From an uncultured Candidatus Sumerlaeota bacterium (GTDB lineage: Bacteria; Sumerlaeota; Sumerlaeia; UBA8349): DNA of 64,000 nt. Below, piece after piece: positions 38,327-48,203 of this stretch (positions are counted from its first letter, which is position 1; every line of letters starts with the position of its first letter). The stretch covers positions 3,452,389 to 3,516,388 of the forward strand of contig OW818685.1 of NCBI GenBank assembly GCA_942493245.1, written 5' to 3'. A model generated the notes under the pieces. That model had not been told where the DNA came from. It ran no database searches and saw only the letters and a list, made by a program, of their open reading frames with translations. The translations under genes were made by a program, and so were the position numbers.

Positions 38327-39376
38327 ATGCCCACCCTCCCTTCAAACACCCCCCCGTGGAGAATTCTCTGTATTGACGACGATCCCGATGTTCGGGCTAT
38401 CCTGCGGCTCATCCTGAGCGCCAAGTTCGAGGTGGTTGAAGCGTGCGATGGGCTGGAAGGGTTGGCCATGCTCGACCTGAGCGAACCGGATTTCGTCATC
38501 TGCGACGTCCGTATGCCCAATCTGGATGGTTTCCAGACCGTCGCGGCTATCCGCCGCCATCCGAAGTATTACGATGTTCCCGTTTTCTTCCTGACAGCGG
38601 AAAACGATATTCAAAGCGCGAAAAAGGCGTTCACCTCGGGGGGGAATCTCTTTCTGACAAAACCCTTCGAACCCATGCGCGTACTTCAGAACATTGATTA
38701 CTTCCTGAAAGAACACGGCAATCAACCGGGGCCCAAGCGCCTGACCCTCGATCAGGTGACGCGCGAATCCAAACAGATCCCCGCCTCTCCGGGTGACGCG
38801 CCCCAACCAACCTCTCCGGCGTCTCCCAATGCGCCCGTCTCCGACAAAGAGGTCCGTGTCCTGATCATCTGTGAGATCGAGAGCCAGCGCGCCCACATAA
38901 CCGCGGCCTTGGCCCCCTTCTATGAGTGTATCACCTGCGCCGATCCTCTCGCCTCACTCCAGCAGTTGTTCCGTTACGATCCCGACGTCCTGATCATCAA
39001 TCCCACCATTCCGAAGATTTCGGGAATGGGACTCATTCAAATGATTCACCGCAACAACCGCCTGGCGGATTTGCCGATCCTGATCCTGCAGGACAATGTG
39101 CAGGTTCTGGATCGCCGCATCGTGCAGTCCATCACCGACTACCCCCCCTTGCCGCCGAATGTGTCGGACGAAGACGCGGTGCGCGCGGTGCGCCACATTA
39201 CGCAAACCCGCGATTTTCGGAAACATACCAAGCGCTTCAGCATCGAACAACTGCGCACGGAGGAAAATGCCGTGCTCCAGCAGATCGAAACGGAAAAGGA
39301 ACGCGTCCAACGCCAGCAGGAACGCCTGCGCAACCGTTACAGCCGAATTCAGAGTTTCATTGACAACAACCAGTAA
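38327..39376 (+). CDS. response regulator with receiver domain, a degenerate second receiver-like domain and a C-terminal coiled coil
   Basis: First REC domain with RILCIDDDPDVR...CDVRMPNLDG...LTKPF. Second REC-like region (VRVLIICEIES...INPTIPKISG) lacks the phospho-acceptor Asp. Confidence 0.8.
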   Translation: MPTLPSNTPPWRILCIDDDPDVRAILRLILSAKFEVVEACDGLEGLAMLDLSEPDFVICDVRMPNLDGFQTVAAIRRHPKYYDVPVFFLTAENDIQSAKKAFTSGGNLFLTKPFEPMRVLQNIDYFLKEHGNQPGPKRLTLDQVTRESKQIPASPGDAPQPTSPASPNAPVSDKEVRVLIICEIESQRAHITAALAPFYECITCADPLASLQQLFRYDPDVLIINPTIPKISGMGLIQMIHRNNRLADLPILILQDNVQVLDRRIVQSITDYPPLPPNVSDEDAVRAVRHITQTRDFRKHTKRFSIEQLRTEENAVLQQIETEKERVQRQQERLRNRYSRIQSFIDNNQ

Positions 39377-39466
39377 CGGAGGCGTGGAAACGCGACAACG
39401 GATGGGGCAACATTTGCCTCCGTAAAAAACCCCCGAGACAATCCCCGTGGCCGCATCCCCCCGGAA

Positions 39467-41335
39467 TTATCCTTTTCCCATCAACTGTTTGTAGAGGAAA
39501 TAACCCGCGGCCAGAATAATCAGAACCACAATGGCGAGTTTGCCGGCCTTACCCGGATCGGCGCTCTCTTTTACCTCCGCTTTCGTGGAACCTTTCTCCG
39601 CGGTCTTCGAGGCTGTTCTGGCGCCTCCCAACCGGGCACGGTTCTCTCCCGCAGGGTCGAATTTGGCGCGCAGTTCCTCCAACACATGCGCCACGGGGGG
39701 ATCGAGTGAGACTTCGTGCGCTTTCTGCTCAAATGACTCGTAGGCCTTCCGAGTGTTCATAATTTGAAGCGCTTTGGCCGCAGCCACACGCACGTTCTTA
39801 TCCGGATCATGCTCGACGGTCTTTAACAGGAGGGGGATGAGAGGCTCAGCCGCCTCCCCACTGCGCCCGATGCCATGCAGCGCCACACTGCGCACCACGG
39901 TGTCTCCCACTTCCACGCATTTCTGCAATTTGGGCAAGGCCGACCGCAATCCCAGTTCACTCAGGATCACAACCGCCACCTGCAACAAGGGGCGGGGACA
40001 GGTTTCCACCTCGATCTGTTTGCACACTTTCCCGCGATCCAGTTTGAGCAACTCGCGCATCATGTACCGGAACATTTCTTCGTCCGTCTCGATGGAACCG
40101 ACCGAAAGGAGCGGATTCACCCCCAGCATGTCCACATGCTTCACCATCCAGTCGATCGCCAGGCGTTTCACACGGCTGTCCACCTGCGCTTCATAGAGAC
40201 TCAGGATTCCGGGGACATCGCTTTGAGCAAAAAGCGACTTGAAAGCGGCCGTCGCCTGAGAGGGATTCGAGAACGATTGGCGCCGCATCGGGGACACATC
40301 CGCCGTGGAGTGCGGCGCTTCGATCACCACTCCAGACTCTTGAATCTCCGATCCTTCCACAGGAGAACTCTCGTCCGAAACGATTTCCAAGCCCGGAATC
40401 AGATCCTCCATCCCCGGTTCGAGAATGAAAACGGGCTCATCGGCCGGGACAGGGGCAGACTTCGGAGTGTCCGGCGGTCTCTCCTGACGGACATCAGACA
40501 TGGCCACCGGACTGTCTCCCATCGAGAAAACCCGCGCCTCGGGCAACTCGACCCCATCCAGTCCGGAAAAGTCGAGGGTGGAAACAGGCGCCTCCAGTTT
40601 GACTGGCGTCAGTGGAGCGGACACCGGAACCGGTTCCGGTTGAGGCAATTCCAGATCGTCGAACGACATTTCGGGAATCGGAACACTTTCGACACTCAAT
40701 GCTTCCGGTTCCACGGGTTTTTCAGCACCCGCAGCTGGACCGGACCGAGGCTTTTCATCCAGGCGCACGTCGAGCAACTCGATTCCATCGAACTGAGACA
40801 AATCGGACTGCCGTTCTGGCACTTTCGGTTCAGGCGCCGACTTTACGCCGGAGACAGAACGAGCGGGCAGGGTCACCAGATCATCGAGAGAAAGTTCGGG
40901 AATTGGCACGCTGTCTGCCGGGTTAAAACTCGGCGATTCCTCGGGTGTGGCAACAGCAGGAACAAGGACTTCTCCTGAGAATCCGGGCGTTTCACCCGAT
41001 TCAGACAATTGCATTTCGGGCAAATCGAGACCATCGAGCATGTCGAGCCGGACCTCGGACGCGCTCGGTTTCACGTCCTCAGGGGTCGGTTCCGGCTGAG
41101 GCGCCCGCGTCTCACCCAGATCCTTGAGGAGTTCCTCGAACGAAAATTCGGAAAATGAAATATCGGTGAATTCTTCCTCCGCCACGGTCTTCGGTTCTTC
41201 GGCTGCAGGCTTGTCGGATGAAGGCGACAGATCATCCAGTGACATTTCGGGAATCGGAATTCCCTCCAGATCAAACGGCTGCCCCGGCTTCGAATCCGGA
41301 TTCTGTTGAGAAGGAGTCTTTTCCGGCTGTTTCAT
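39467..41335 (-). CDS. HEAT-repeat protein with an acidic repeat-rich N-terminus and a C-terminal membrane anchor
   Basis: Repeated (I/V)PIPE(M/L)S(L/F)DDL motifs, HEAT/PBS-lyase-like repeats (..NVRVAAAKALQ..) and a terminal hydrophobic helix (LAIVVLIILAAGYFLY). Confidence 0.6.
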   Translation of the reverse strand: MKQPEKTPSQQNPDSKPGQPFDLEGIPIPEMSLDDLSPSSDKPAAEEPKTVAEEEFTDISFSEFSFEELLKDLGETRAPQPEPTPEDVKPSASEVRLDMLDGLDLPEMQLSESGETPGFSGEVLVPAVATPEESPSFNPADSVPIPELSLDDLVTLPARSVSGVKSAPEPKVPERQSDLSQFDGIELLDVRLDEKPRSGPAAGAEKPVEPEALSVESVPIPEMSFDDLELPQPEPVPVSAPLTPVKLEAPVSTLDFSGLDGVELPEARVFSMGDSPVAMSDVRQERPPDTPKSAPVPADEPVFILEPGMEDLIPGLEIVSDESSPVEGSEIQESGVVIEAPHSTADVSPMRRQSFSNPSQATAAFKSLFAQSDVPGILSLYEAQVDSRVKRLAIDWMVKHVDMLGVNPLLSVGSIETDEEMFRYMMRELLKLDRGKVCKQIEVETCPRPLLQVAVVILSELGLRSALPKLQKCVEVGDTVVRSVALHGIGRSGEAAEPLIPLLLKTVEHDPDKNVRVAAAKALQIMNTRKAYESFEQKAHEVSLDPPVAHVLEELRAKFDPAGENRARLGGARTASKTAEKGSTKAEVKESADPGKAGKLAIVVLIILAAGYFLYKQLMGKG

Positions 41336-41508
41336 CGTCTATTCCACGCCCATTCTGTTTGAAATTTCGGTTCCTGCGGATATTCCGCAATCGTTCCCCG
41401 ACAAAGATACAGCTACGGGAAAAACCCCGTGGAGTAAAGCGCTATTTCTGTTCTTCCGCGGTTCTTGAGACCCCCTTGATTCACCACCCAATTCTCGCTG
41501 TTTTTCGG

Positions 41509-44496
41509 TCACGGCTTGTAACGCCCTTTCAGGAACCGTCCGGTGTGCGACTCGGGGATCTCCATGATGCGGGCCGGGGGGCCCTCGGCGACAATCCGCC
41601 CTCCCGCGTCCCCCCCTTCCGGTCCCAGGTCCACCACCCAGTCGGCGTGGGCGATGAGATCCAGGTTGTGCTCGACGACCAGAATCGAGACACCCCCGTC
41701 CACCAGCGCATGGAACAATTGGACCAGCCGGTCGAGGTCCGACGGGTGCAGACCCGTCGTCGGCTCGTCGAAGATCATCAGGTACTCGCCCCCGTTGACC
41801 TCTTCGCGCGGCGCGCGGTCGGAGCGTCCCGTGGCGGCATGGTAGGAAACGCGGCGCAGAATCGAACGATTCGCCGCGAGAAATCCCGCCAGTTTCAACC
41901 GTTGCGCCTCCCCGCCCGACAGGGTGGCCGTACTCTGTCCCAATCGCAAATACCCCAACCCCACCAGTTCCAAGGGTTCCAGTTCGCGGACGATTTTCGG
42001 TTCCGAGGCGAAAAACTCGCGGGCCTCCTGAACCGTCAAGTCGAGAACCGCGTCTATGTTCTTTCTTTGCCACTCGATCGCCAACACCCGGCGCTGGAAA
42101 CGCTTCCCATCGCAATCGTCGCAGGTCACCTCGACATCCGCGAGGAAGTGCATGTCCAGCGTCACCACCCCGGCGCCCTGACAGGTTTCGCACCGTCCCC
42201 CTTCCACGTTGAAGGAGAAATCGCCCGGTTTGATCCCCGCGTGGCGCGCCTCGCGCGTCGAGGCAAACAGCGTGCGGATCGAGTCGTAGGCCTTGATATA
42301 GGTAATCGGATTGCTGCGCGCCGACCGCCCGATCGGCTTCTGGTCCACCATGAGGATATCTTCGAGCGCTTCAATCCCCTCGAGGCGGTCGTAAGCGCCC
42401 ACATCCACCGCCGCATTGTCGCGCAGGCGGCGGAACCCGGAGAACAACGTGGACGTGACCAACGTGGACTTTCCGGAACCCGAGACGCCCGTCACGCAAC
42501 ACAACACGCCGCGCGGAATCCGGACGTCGAGGTTTTTCAGGTTGTGTTCGCGCGCGCCCCGCACCGTGATCCACCCCGTGGGTTTGCGTCCCCGCGAGGG
42601 AAGCGATTGCCCCACGCAAGACGCCAGATAACGGGCCGTGACCGACCCCGGACATTGGGCCAGCCCTTCGAGCGAACCGGCATAGAGAAGATTTCCCCCA
42701 TACTCCCCCGCCGCCGGACCGATATCGAGAATATCGTCCGCGCCCAGAATCACATCCGGGTCGTGCTCGACCACCACAACCGTGTTTCCACTCTCGCGCA
42801 GGGCCTGCAGGATCTGAAGCAGGCGGAACGTGTCGCGGCTGTGCAGGCCCACGGTGGGTTCGTCGAGCACATAGAGCGTCTCGGTGAGGCTGGACCCGAG
42901 GGCGGTGGCCAGGTTGATGCGCTGGGACTCCCCTCCGGAAAGCGTGCGGGTCTGCCGCGCAAGCGTCAAGTATCCCAACCCGACGGAGTCCAGGTAGTGC
43001 AACCGCGCGCGAATTTCCTGGAGGAGCCGGTCGGCGGCTTTTTCCTCGTAGGGCGGCAGGCGCAAGAGATCGAAGTATTCGTGCAGTTCGGCGATGGAAC
43101 ACGCGCTGACCTCGGCAATGTTGCGCTTGTCCACGCGCACATCGAGCGCATCGGACACCAGACGGGCGCCGTGGCAGTCGAGACAGGTCTCGTAAGCGCG
43201 GTATCGGGCCAGAAGAACACGGGCCTGGATCTTGTAACGACGCCCCTCGAGCCACTCGAAAAACCCCAGAACCCCGCACCATTCCCCCCGAATGGGGCGT
43301 TCCTCGCGGTTGCCGTTGAGGAAAATGCGGCGCTCGCGCTCGGTGAACTTCGCGAGGGGTTTGTCCAGCGGCAGTTCCGGCGCGGTCTGGCGCAGGTAGT
43401 CGTACATCTCGTGGTTGACCGGGGAGTTCCAGACCACCACCGGCTCTTCCCGCAGGGTGAGGTTCCAGTTGGGAATCGCCTTGTCGAGATCAATCCCGGT
43501 TGTGCGCCCGAACCCCTGACAGGTGGGACAGGCGCCCAATGGGCTGGAAAAGGAGAAAAGCGCGGGTTCAGGCTTGCGGAACAGGCGCCCGCAATGATCG
43601 CATCGCAGGTCGGACGAAAAAATCCAATCGGCCCCGCTGTCGGCGTCGCGCACACGGGCGCGCCCGCCTCCCGCACGGAAAGCCAGTTCCAGCGCCTCGG
43701 CCAGGCGTCCCCGCGTCTCCGGCTTCAACACCACGCGGTCCACCACCAGGAGAATCAGAGCGGCGGACGGCGGTTCAGCGGGACGGCGTTTGGAGCGTTT
43801 CCCGGATGGCGCCTCGGGTTCCGAAATCTGATTCGGAGCCGCGTCGGGCGCCAGACAGGAGGTATCGAAAACATCGAGGTCCACGACCTCGCCCCGGTCG
43901 GTCAGAGCGCGCGTGAACCCCTGACGACGCATGTCCTCGAGGATGGCGTTCAGCGCCTCTTTTTCCCCGGGATTGGTCACCCGCACCGGCGCGACAATCA
44001 ACAGCCGCTTGCCGTCGGGGAGTTTTTCGAGCGTGGCGGCGGCGCTCTGCGGCGTGTCGGACCGGACCTCGCAGTCGCAGTCGCGGCAGTGGACGTGTCC
44101 CACCCGCGCAAAGAGGAGACGCAGGTAGTCGTTGATCTCGGTGGCGGTACCGATGGTCGAGCGGGCGTTGGTAACGGAGTTCTTCTGCTCGAGCGCAATG
44201 GCAGGCGGGATGTTGTGGATGGAATCCACGTCGGGGCGCTGGATTTTTTCGAGAAACTGCCGCGCATAGGTGGACATGGAAGCGATATAGCGGCGCTGCC
44301 CCTCGGCATAGAGGGTATCGAAGGCAAACGAAGACTTGCCGGAACCGGAAACCCCGGTCACGACAGTGAGCTTGCCCAGGCGCACCTGACAGGAAATCCC
44401 CTTGAGGTTATGGGTCCGGGCGCCGACCACTTCGATGCTTTTCGCAACTTCGGGTCTTTCTGAAATTGTCCCTGACTCTTCTCGCTTTCTGGCCAT
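41509..44496 (-). CDS. uvrA: excinuclease ABC subunit A (UvrA family)
   Basis: Two ABC modules, GARTHNLKGI...VVTGVSGSGKSS...YAEGQRRY and a second GAREHNLKNL...VTGVSGSGKST, with zinc-finger insertions and LSGGE signatures. Start at internal ATG 44496. Confidence 0.85.
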   Translation of the reverse strand: MARKREESGTISERPEVAKSIEVVGARTHNLKGISCQVRLGKLTVVTGVSGSGKSSFAFDTLYAEGQRRYIASMSTYARQFLEKIQRPDVDSIHNIPPAIALEQKNSVTNARSTIGTATEINDYLRLLFARVGHVHCRDCDCEVRSDTPQSAAATLEKLPDGKRLLIVAPVRVTNPGEKEALNAILEDMRRQGFTRALTDRGEVVDLDVFDTSCLAPDAAPNQISEPEAPSGKRSKRRPAEPPSAALILLVVDRVVLKPETRGRLAEALELAFRAGGGRARVRDADSGADWIFSSDLRCDHCGRLFRKPEPALFSFSSPLGACPTCQGFGRTTGIDLDKAIPNWNLTLREEPVVVWNSPVNHEMYDYLRQTAPELPLDKPLAKFTERERRIFLNGNREERPIRGEWCGVLGFFEWLEGRRYKIQARVLLARYRAYETCLDCHGARLVSDALDVRVDKRNIAEVSACSIAELHEYFDLLRLPPYEEKAADRLLQEIRARLHYLDSVGLGYLTLARQTRTLSGGESQRINLATALGSSLTETLYVLDEPTVGLHSRDTFRLLQILQALRESGNTVVVVEHDPDVILGADDILDIGPAAGEYGGNLLYAGSLEGLAQCPGSVTARYLASCVGQSLPSRGRKPTGWITVRGAREHNLKNLDVRIPRGVLCCVTGVSGSGKSTLVTSTLFSGFRRLRDNAAVDVGAYDRLEGIEALEDILMVDQKPIGRSARSNPITYIKAYDSIRTLFASTREARHAGIKPGDFSFNVEGGRCETCQGAGVVTLDMHFLADVEVTCDDCDGKRFQRRVLAIEWQRKNIDAVLDLTVQEAREFFASEPKIVRELEPLELVGLGYLRLGQSTATLSGGEAQRLKLAGFLAANRSILRRVSYHAATGRSDRAPREEVNGGEYLMIFDEPTTGLHPSDLDRLVQLFHALVDGGVSILVVEHNLDLIAHADWVVDLGPEGGDAGGRIVAEGPPARIMEIPESHTGRFLKGRYKP

Positions 44497-44761
44497 CTCT
44501 TCCAATCTCGAATTCAGGTCTCTGTACTCTCCCACACTTGAGGGAATTCTACCGTACTTCCCGGAAATGGGCTATTCCAATTCACGCGGCATTCGGCGAT
44601 TTCTCTGGCAACACGGCGGGTTCTGAACTATGACATATAGAGAGACGGGGGAAAACCGGGGGACACGGATGTAACGTGTGGGGGGCCACAGTTCCCGCGG
44701 TCAGAACATTCGTTTCGCGGTGGGGACACCGGCGTTACACAAAAGAAGGGTGGTAAAAAGC

Positions 44762-46708
44762 ATGGACAGGCCTGACGGGTTTGACAAGGTTCTGGGACAC
44801 GAACGGGGAAGCCTGGTGCTGCTGCATCCGACTTCTTTACCCGATCCACCGGGACGCGCCTACGGCGTGGGGGAACTCGGCTCGCAGGCCTTCCGGTTCA
44901 TCGAGTTTCTGACCGAAACCGGCACTCTGGCGTGGCAAACGCTCCCGCTTGGCCACACGGGGTTCAAGGACTCTCCCTACCAGACCTTTTCGCGTTTCGC
45001 GGGATCGCCGCTGATGATCAGCGTCGAACGCCTTTTCGAGGCGGGCGATCTGAGTCCCGAACAACACGACGCGTATTGTGATCGCGCCCGGGCGCTGCCC
45101 GCGGACCGCGTGGACTATGGCTGGCTCTTCGAACAGAAACTCGGAAGCGGCCCCGAGGCGGGACACGCCGTCCTGCGCCAGGCGTTCGACAACTTCTCGC
45201 GACGCTCACCTGAAGACGCCCGGGTTCAGGCATTCGAAGTGTTTCGCCACGCCCAAACCCATCGGGCGGGCGGGTGGCTCGAAGACTATGCGGAATTCAT
45301 GGCGCTGAAGGAACGCCACGGGCAGCGCTGCTGGAGCGAGTGGCCCGCGCCCTGGCACAACGCGCGCGAATGGCGCCCCGATCGCGAGGCCCTGCTGGCG
45401 CAGAACCCCGATCTGGCCACGGGCATTCGGTTCTTTGCCTACCTGCAATTCGTGTTCTTCGAGCAGTGGAACGCCGTGCAAGATTTCGCCCGGCAGAAGG
45501 GGCGCATTCTGGTCGGCGATGCCCCCTGGTATGTTGGCTACGACAGCGCGGACGTGTGGGCGCGGCGCCAGGCGGTGTTCGACCTGGACTGCACCGGTCG
45601 CCCCCTGCGCGTGGCGGGCGTCCCCCCGGACGCCTTCAGCGAAACCGGGCAACTCTGGGGCAATCCGCTCTACAACTGGCACAGCCCCGAAGCGGAGCTG
45701 TGGTGGGTCGAGGCGGTGGATTTCATGCTCGACATGGTGGACGTGCTGCGCCTGGACCACTTCCGCGCGCTCGACACCTACTGGGTCGTGTCGCGCCGCT
45801 GGGTCGAAAGAAAAGGAACAGCCGAGAAAGGGTACTGGCAAAAAGGCCCGGGGGGCCGTGTGCTTCAGGCCATTCAGCGGCGACTCGAAGAGAAGGGCCG
45901 CATCGCCCCCGGGGGGAACCTGCCCCTGGTGGCCGAAGATCTGGGTTGTTTCGACTCGGTCTTCCCGTTCATCGGGGATTACCCGGAACACACCGCGCGC
46001 CATCAGCGCTACTCGATCTCGCGCGAGTTCCGGCGGATGCTGCGCGAGGGCCACACCGACGTCCTGCCGGTACTGGATCGCGAAACCGGGCGCTACTGCA
46101 CGCGCAAAGGCACCGACGTCCACCTCGAGGACTTCCGCCTGCCCCGCATGATCGTTCTGCAGTTCGAGTTTGATGGATGCCGGTTCCTCTGGCCCGAAAA
46201 TGTCGCCAGAAGCGCCATCACTTACACCGGAACCCACGACAACGACACATCGGTGGGGTGGTTCCGCAGTCTCACGGAACGCGAAATCGGATGGGCCGGC
46301 GAAAAGAAACGGCACGAAAGCCCCCCCCTCCTGGCCGAACGCATCCGCCTGGCCCTGCTCCCGCAGGAAGAGCGGGACGCGGCGCTGGCCGCCCTGCGCC
46401 CGACGGAGGGCCACCAGCCGGAAGGCGGGGGGGAAAATGCGGAAATAGAAGCAATCCCGTCCCCCACCTTCGAAGACGCGGTGGAAGCGGTTCTCAATCT
46501 CCTGCGGGTGGCATGGAAAACTCCCTCCTGCCTCGCGGGCGCGCAGATGCAGGACCTCCTGTTGCTCGACACCTCGGCGCGCATGAACCTGCCCGGCGAC
46601 GCCCACGGCCAGTGGTGGGCCTGGCGCATGACATCCGAACAAGCCTCCCATCCGGAAGTCGCCGACCGCCTGCGGCGGCTCAACGAAGAGTTCGACCGGT
46701 GGGAATGA
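44762..46708 (+). CDS. malQ: 4-alpha-glucanotransferase (amylomaltase, GH77)
   Basis: LLHPTSLP N-terminal motif and amylomaltase-like core. Start at ATG 44762. Confidence 0.85.
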   Translation: MDRPDGFDKVLGHERGSLVLLHPTSLPDPPGRAYGVGELGSQAFRFIEFLTETGTLAWQTLPLGHTGFKDSPYQTFSRFAGSPLMISVERLFEAGDLSPEQHDAYCDRARALPADRVDYGWLFEQKLGSGPEAGHAVLRQAFDNFSRRSPEDARVQAFEVFRHAQTHRAGGWLEDYAEFMALKERHGQRCWSEWPAPWHNAREWRPDREALLAQNPDLATGIRFFAYLQFVFFEQWNAVQDFARQKGRILVGDAPWYVGYDSADVWARRQAVFDLDCTGRPLRVAGVPPDAFSETGQLWGNPLYNWHSPEAELWWVEAVDFMLDMVDVLRLDHFRALDTYWVVSRRWVERKGTAEKGYWQKGPGGRVLQAIQRRLEEKGRIAPGGNLPLVAEDLGCFDSVFPFIGDYPEHTARHQRYSISREFRRMLREGHTDVLPVLDRETGRYCTRKGTDVHLEDFRLPRMIVLQFEFDGCRFLWPENVARSAITYTGTHDNDTSVGWFRSLTEREIGWAGEKKRHESPPLLAERIRLALLPQEERDAALAALRPTEGHQPEGGGENAEIEAIPSPTFEDAVEAVLNLLRVAWKTPSCLAGAQMQDLLLLDTSARMNLPGDAHGQWWAWRMTSEQASHPEVADRLRRLNEEFDRWE

Positions 46709-47061
46709 GAAATCTTCGAGTCTGGTTTTGACTTAATTCAGTCGGGCCAGTGCCAGAATGAACTTCCGTACTGCTCGATGTATTCCTCTCTTTCGTCATC
46801 CCCACAAAGAGGAGATGACGAAAATTGCTTCCTGTTCCTTTCAAGAAAAACATCCAGAGACAGATGGAAACCGCAGGCTCTGAACATTCGAGAGGTTCCG
46901 GGTCTTCAATCCACTCACATAAAATATAACGCCCTCTCATATCTTCTTGACAAACCCTCCCCCGTTCCATATACGATATTGCATATCAGGTAACGCCCGA
47001 TCGTTTTTCGTCAAATTTACTTCGTTCGGGGTCAATCTACAGAAAAGGCAGGGAATCCCAG

Positions 47062-47772
47062 ATGGTAGCAGCCATGCCCGTTTCATACAAAAAGAAAAAA
47101 GACATCGTCTATAATCTGATCCGCAGCGAGATCATGAACGGCCTGCTGGCGATGGGCGAGCATCTCGTGATCAGCAACCTGGCGGCCCGGCTCGAGGTCA
47201 GCACCATTCCGGTGCGCGAAGCCCTGCAGCGGCTGGAAGCGGAAGGTCTGGTGACCATCACCGCACACGTGGGCGCCAAAGTGACCGTGGTGCGTCTGGA
47301 ACAGGTCGCCGAAGTTCTAACGCTTCTCGAATCGCTGCAACTGATCGTGTGGCGTAACGCCTGCGCCCAGGCGACCCCCAAGGACGTGGCGGCGCTCGAA
47401 AAGCGGCTGCGCGAGATGGACGGCCAAACTGCGTCGCCCGCCATCTGGTCTTTCTCCAGCGAACAGTTCCACGAGTTCCTCTGTGAAGCGTGCGGGTTGA
47501 CCGTGACGCTGCACCTGCTGCGCCTGGCCCACGACCAGTGGCGCCGCCTCCACCGTCAATTGCTGGCGGATGTCTTCGCCAAGCGCCTCAACGCTTCCCA
47601 GAAAGACAACTGGAAGTTGTATCATGCGCTGGCCGCCAAGAAACCGGACGATGTGGAAACCATCCTCCGGGCGCATTTCGAAACCTCCCACCAGGTTTAC
47701 CAGAAACACATCGAGGCAATCGAGAAAGCAGCCAAGAAGAAAGCGAAAACCGATCCGGACGAGTGGGACTGA
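47062..47772 (+). CDS. GntR-family transcriptional regulator (FadR/FCD type)
   Basis: N-terminal winged HTH (..LAARLEVSTIPVREALQRLEAEGLV..) and a helical C-terminal effector domain. Confidence 0.75.
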   Translation: MVAAMPVSYKKKKDIVYNLIRSEIMNGLLAMGEHLVISNLAARLEVSTIPVREALQRLEAEGLVTITAHVGAKVTVVRLEQVAEVLTLLESLQLIVWRNACAQATPKDVAALEKRLREMDGQTASPAIWSFSSEQFHEFLCEACGLTVTLHLLRLAHDQWRRLHRQLLADVFAKRLNASQKDNWKLYHALAAKKPDDVETILRAHFETSHQVYQKHIEAIEKAAKKKAKTDPDEWD

Positions 47773-47953
47773 AAGCCGCGATTGAGGTCCCTTCACCTTA
47801 AACATCGTAATGCCTATTTTTTCAACCCTGAGCCACACGAAAAAGCGATTTCGTGTGGCTCTTTTTCAAAAGTATGGAATAAACGGCGACAAAGTCGGGT
47901 TGATCGTTTTGAATGTTTTCTTACATTCGGGTCTAAACGCAATTCCACTTTTC

Positions 47954-48073
47954 GTCATTCCCGCGAAAGCGGGAACCCAGATCCGGAACGTTCTGGTTGA
48001 TTGCGTTTCTCCTGAGTTTCCCCCCTGTTTTCCCGTTCGCGCCCCTCTGGGTCCCCGCGTTCGCGGGGATGAC
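47954..48073. repeat. REP-like palindromic repeat pair in inverted orientation
   Basis: GTCATTCCCGCGAAAGCGGGAACCCAG (47954-47980) and CTGGGTCCCCGCGTTCGCGGGGATGAC (48047-48073); each is itself a hairpin and the two are near reverse complements of one another, about 65 bp apart. Confidence 0.5.
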
Positions 48074-48203
48074 AAAAGGGAGACGAATGCCGGGAGGTTT
48101 GAGTCGCAAAATCGGAGAAAGATACACCATCAATGCTCACCAGAAAAAGAGCCATTCAACGACTTTTGCAAAAGGCTCGTGTGGCTCTTTTTTTGGAGGC
48201 CTT

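Noticed and set aside
41218-44463. 1081-aa ORF on the plus strand
   Set aside because: Antisense shadow of uvrA; Arg/Gly-rich with no domain signatures.
45206-46651. 481-aa ORF on the minus strand
   Set aside because: Antisense shadow of malQ.
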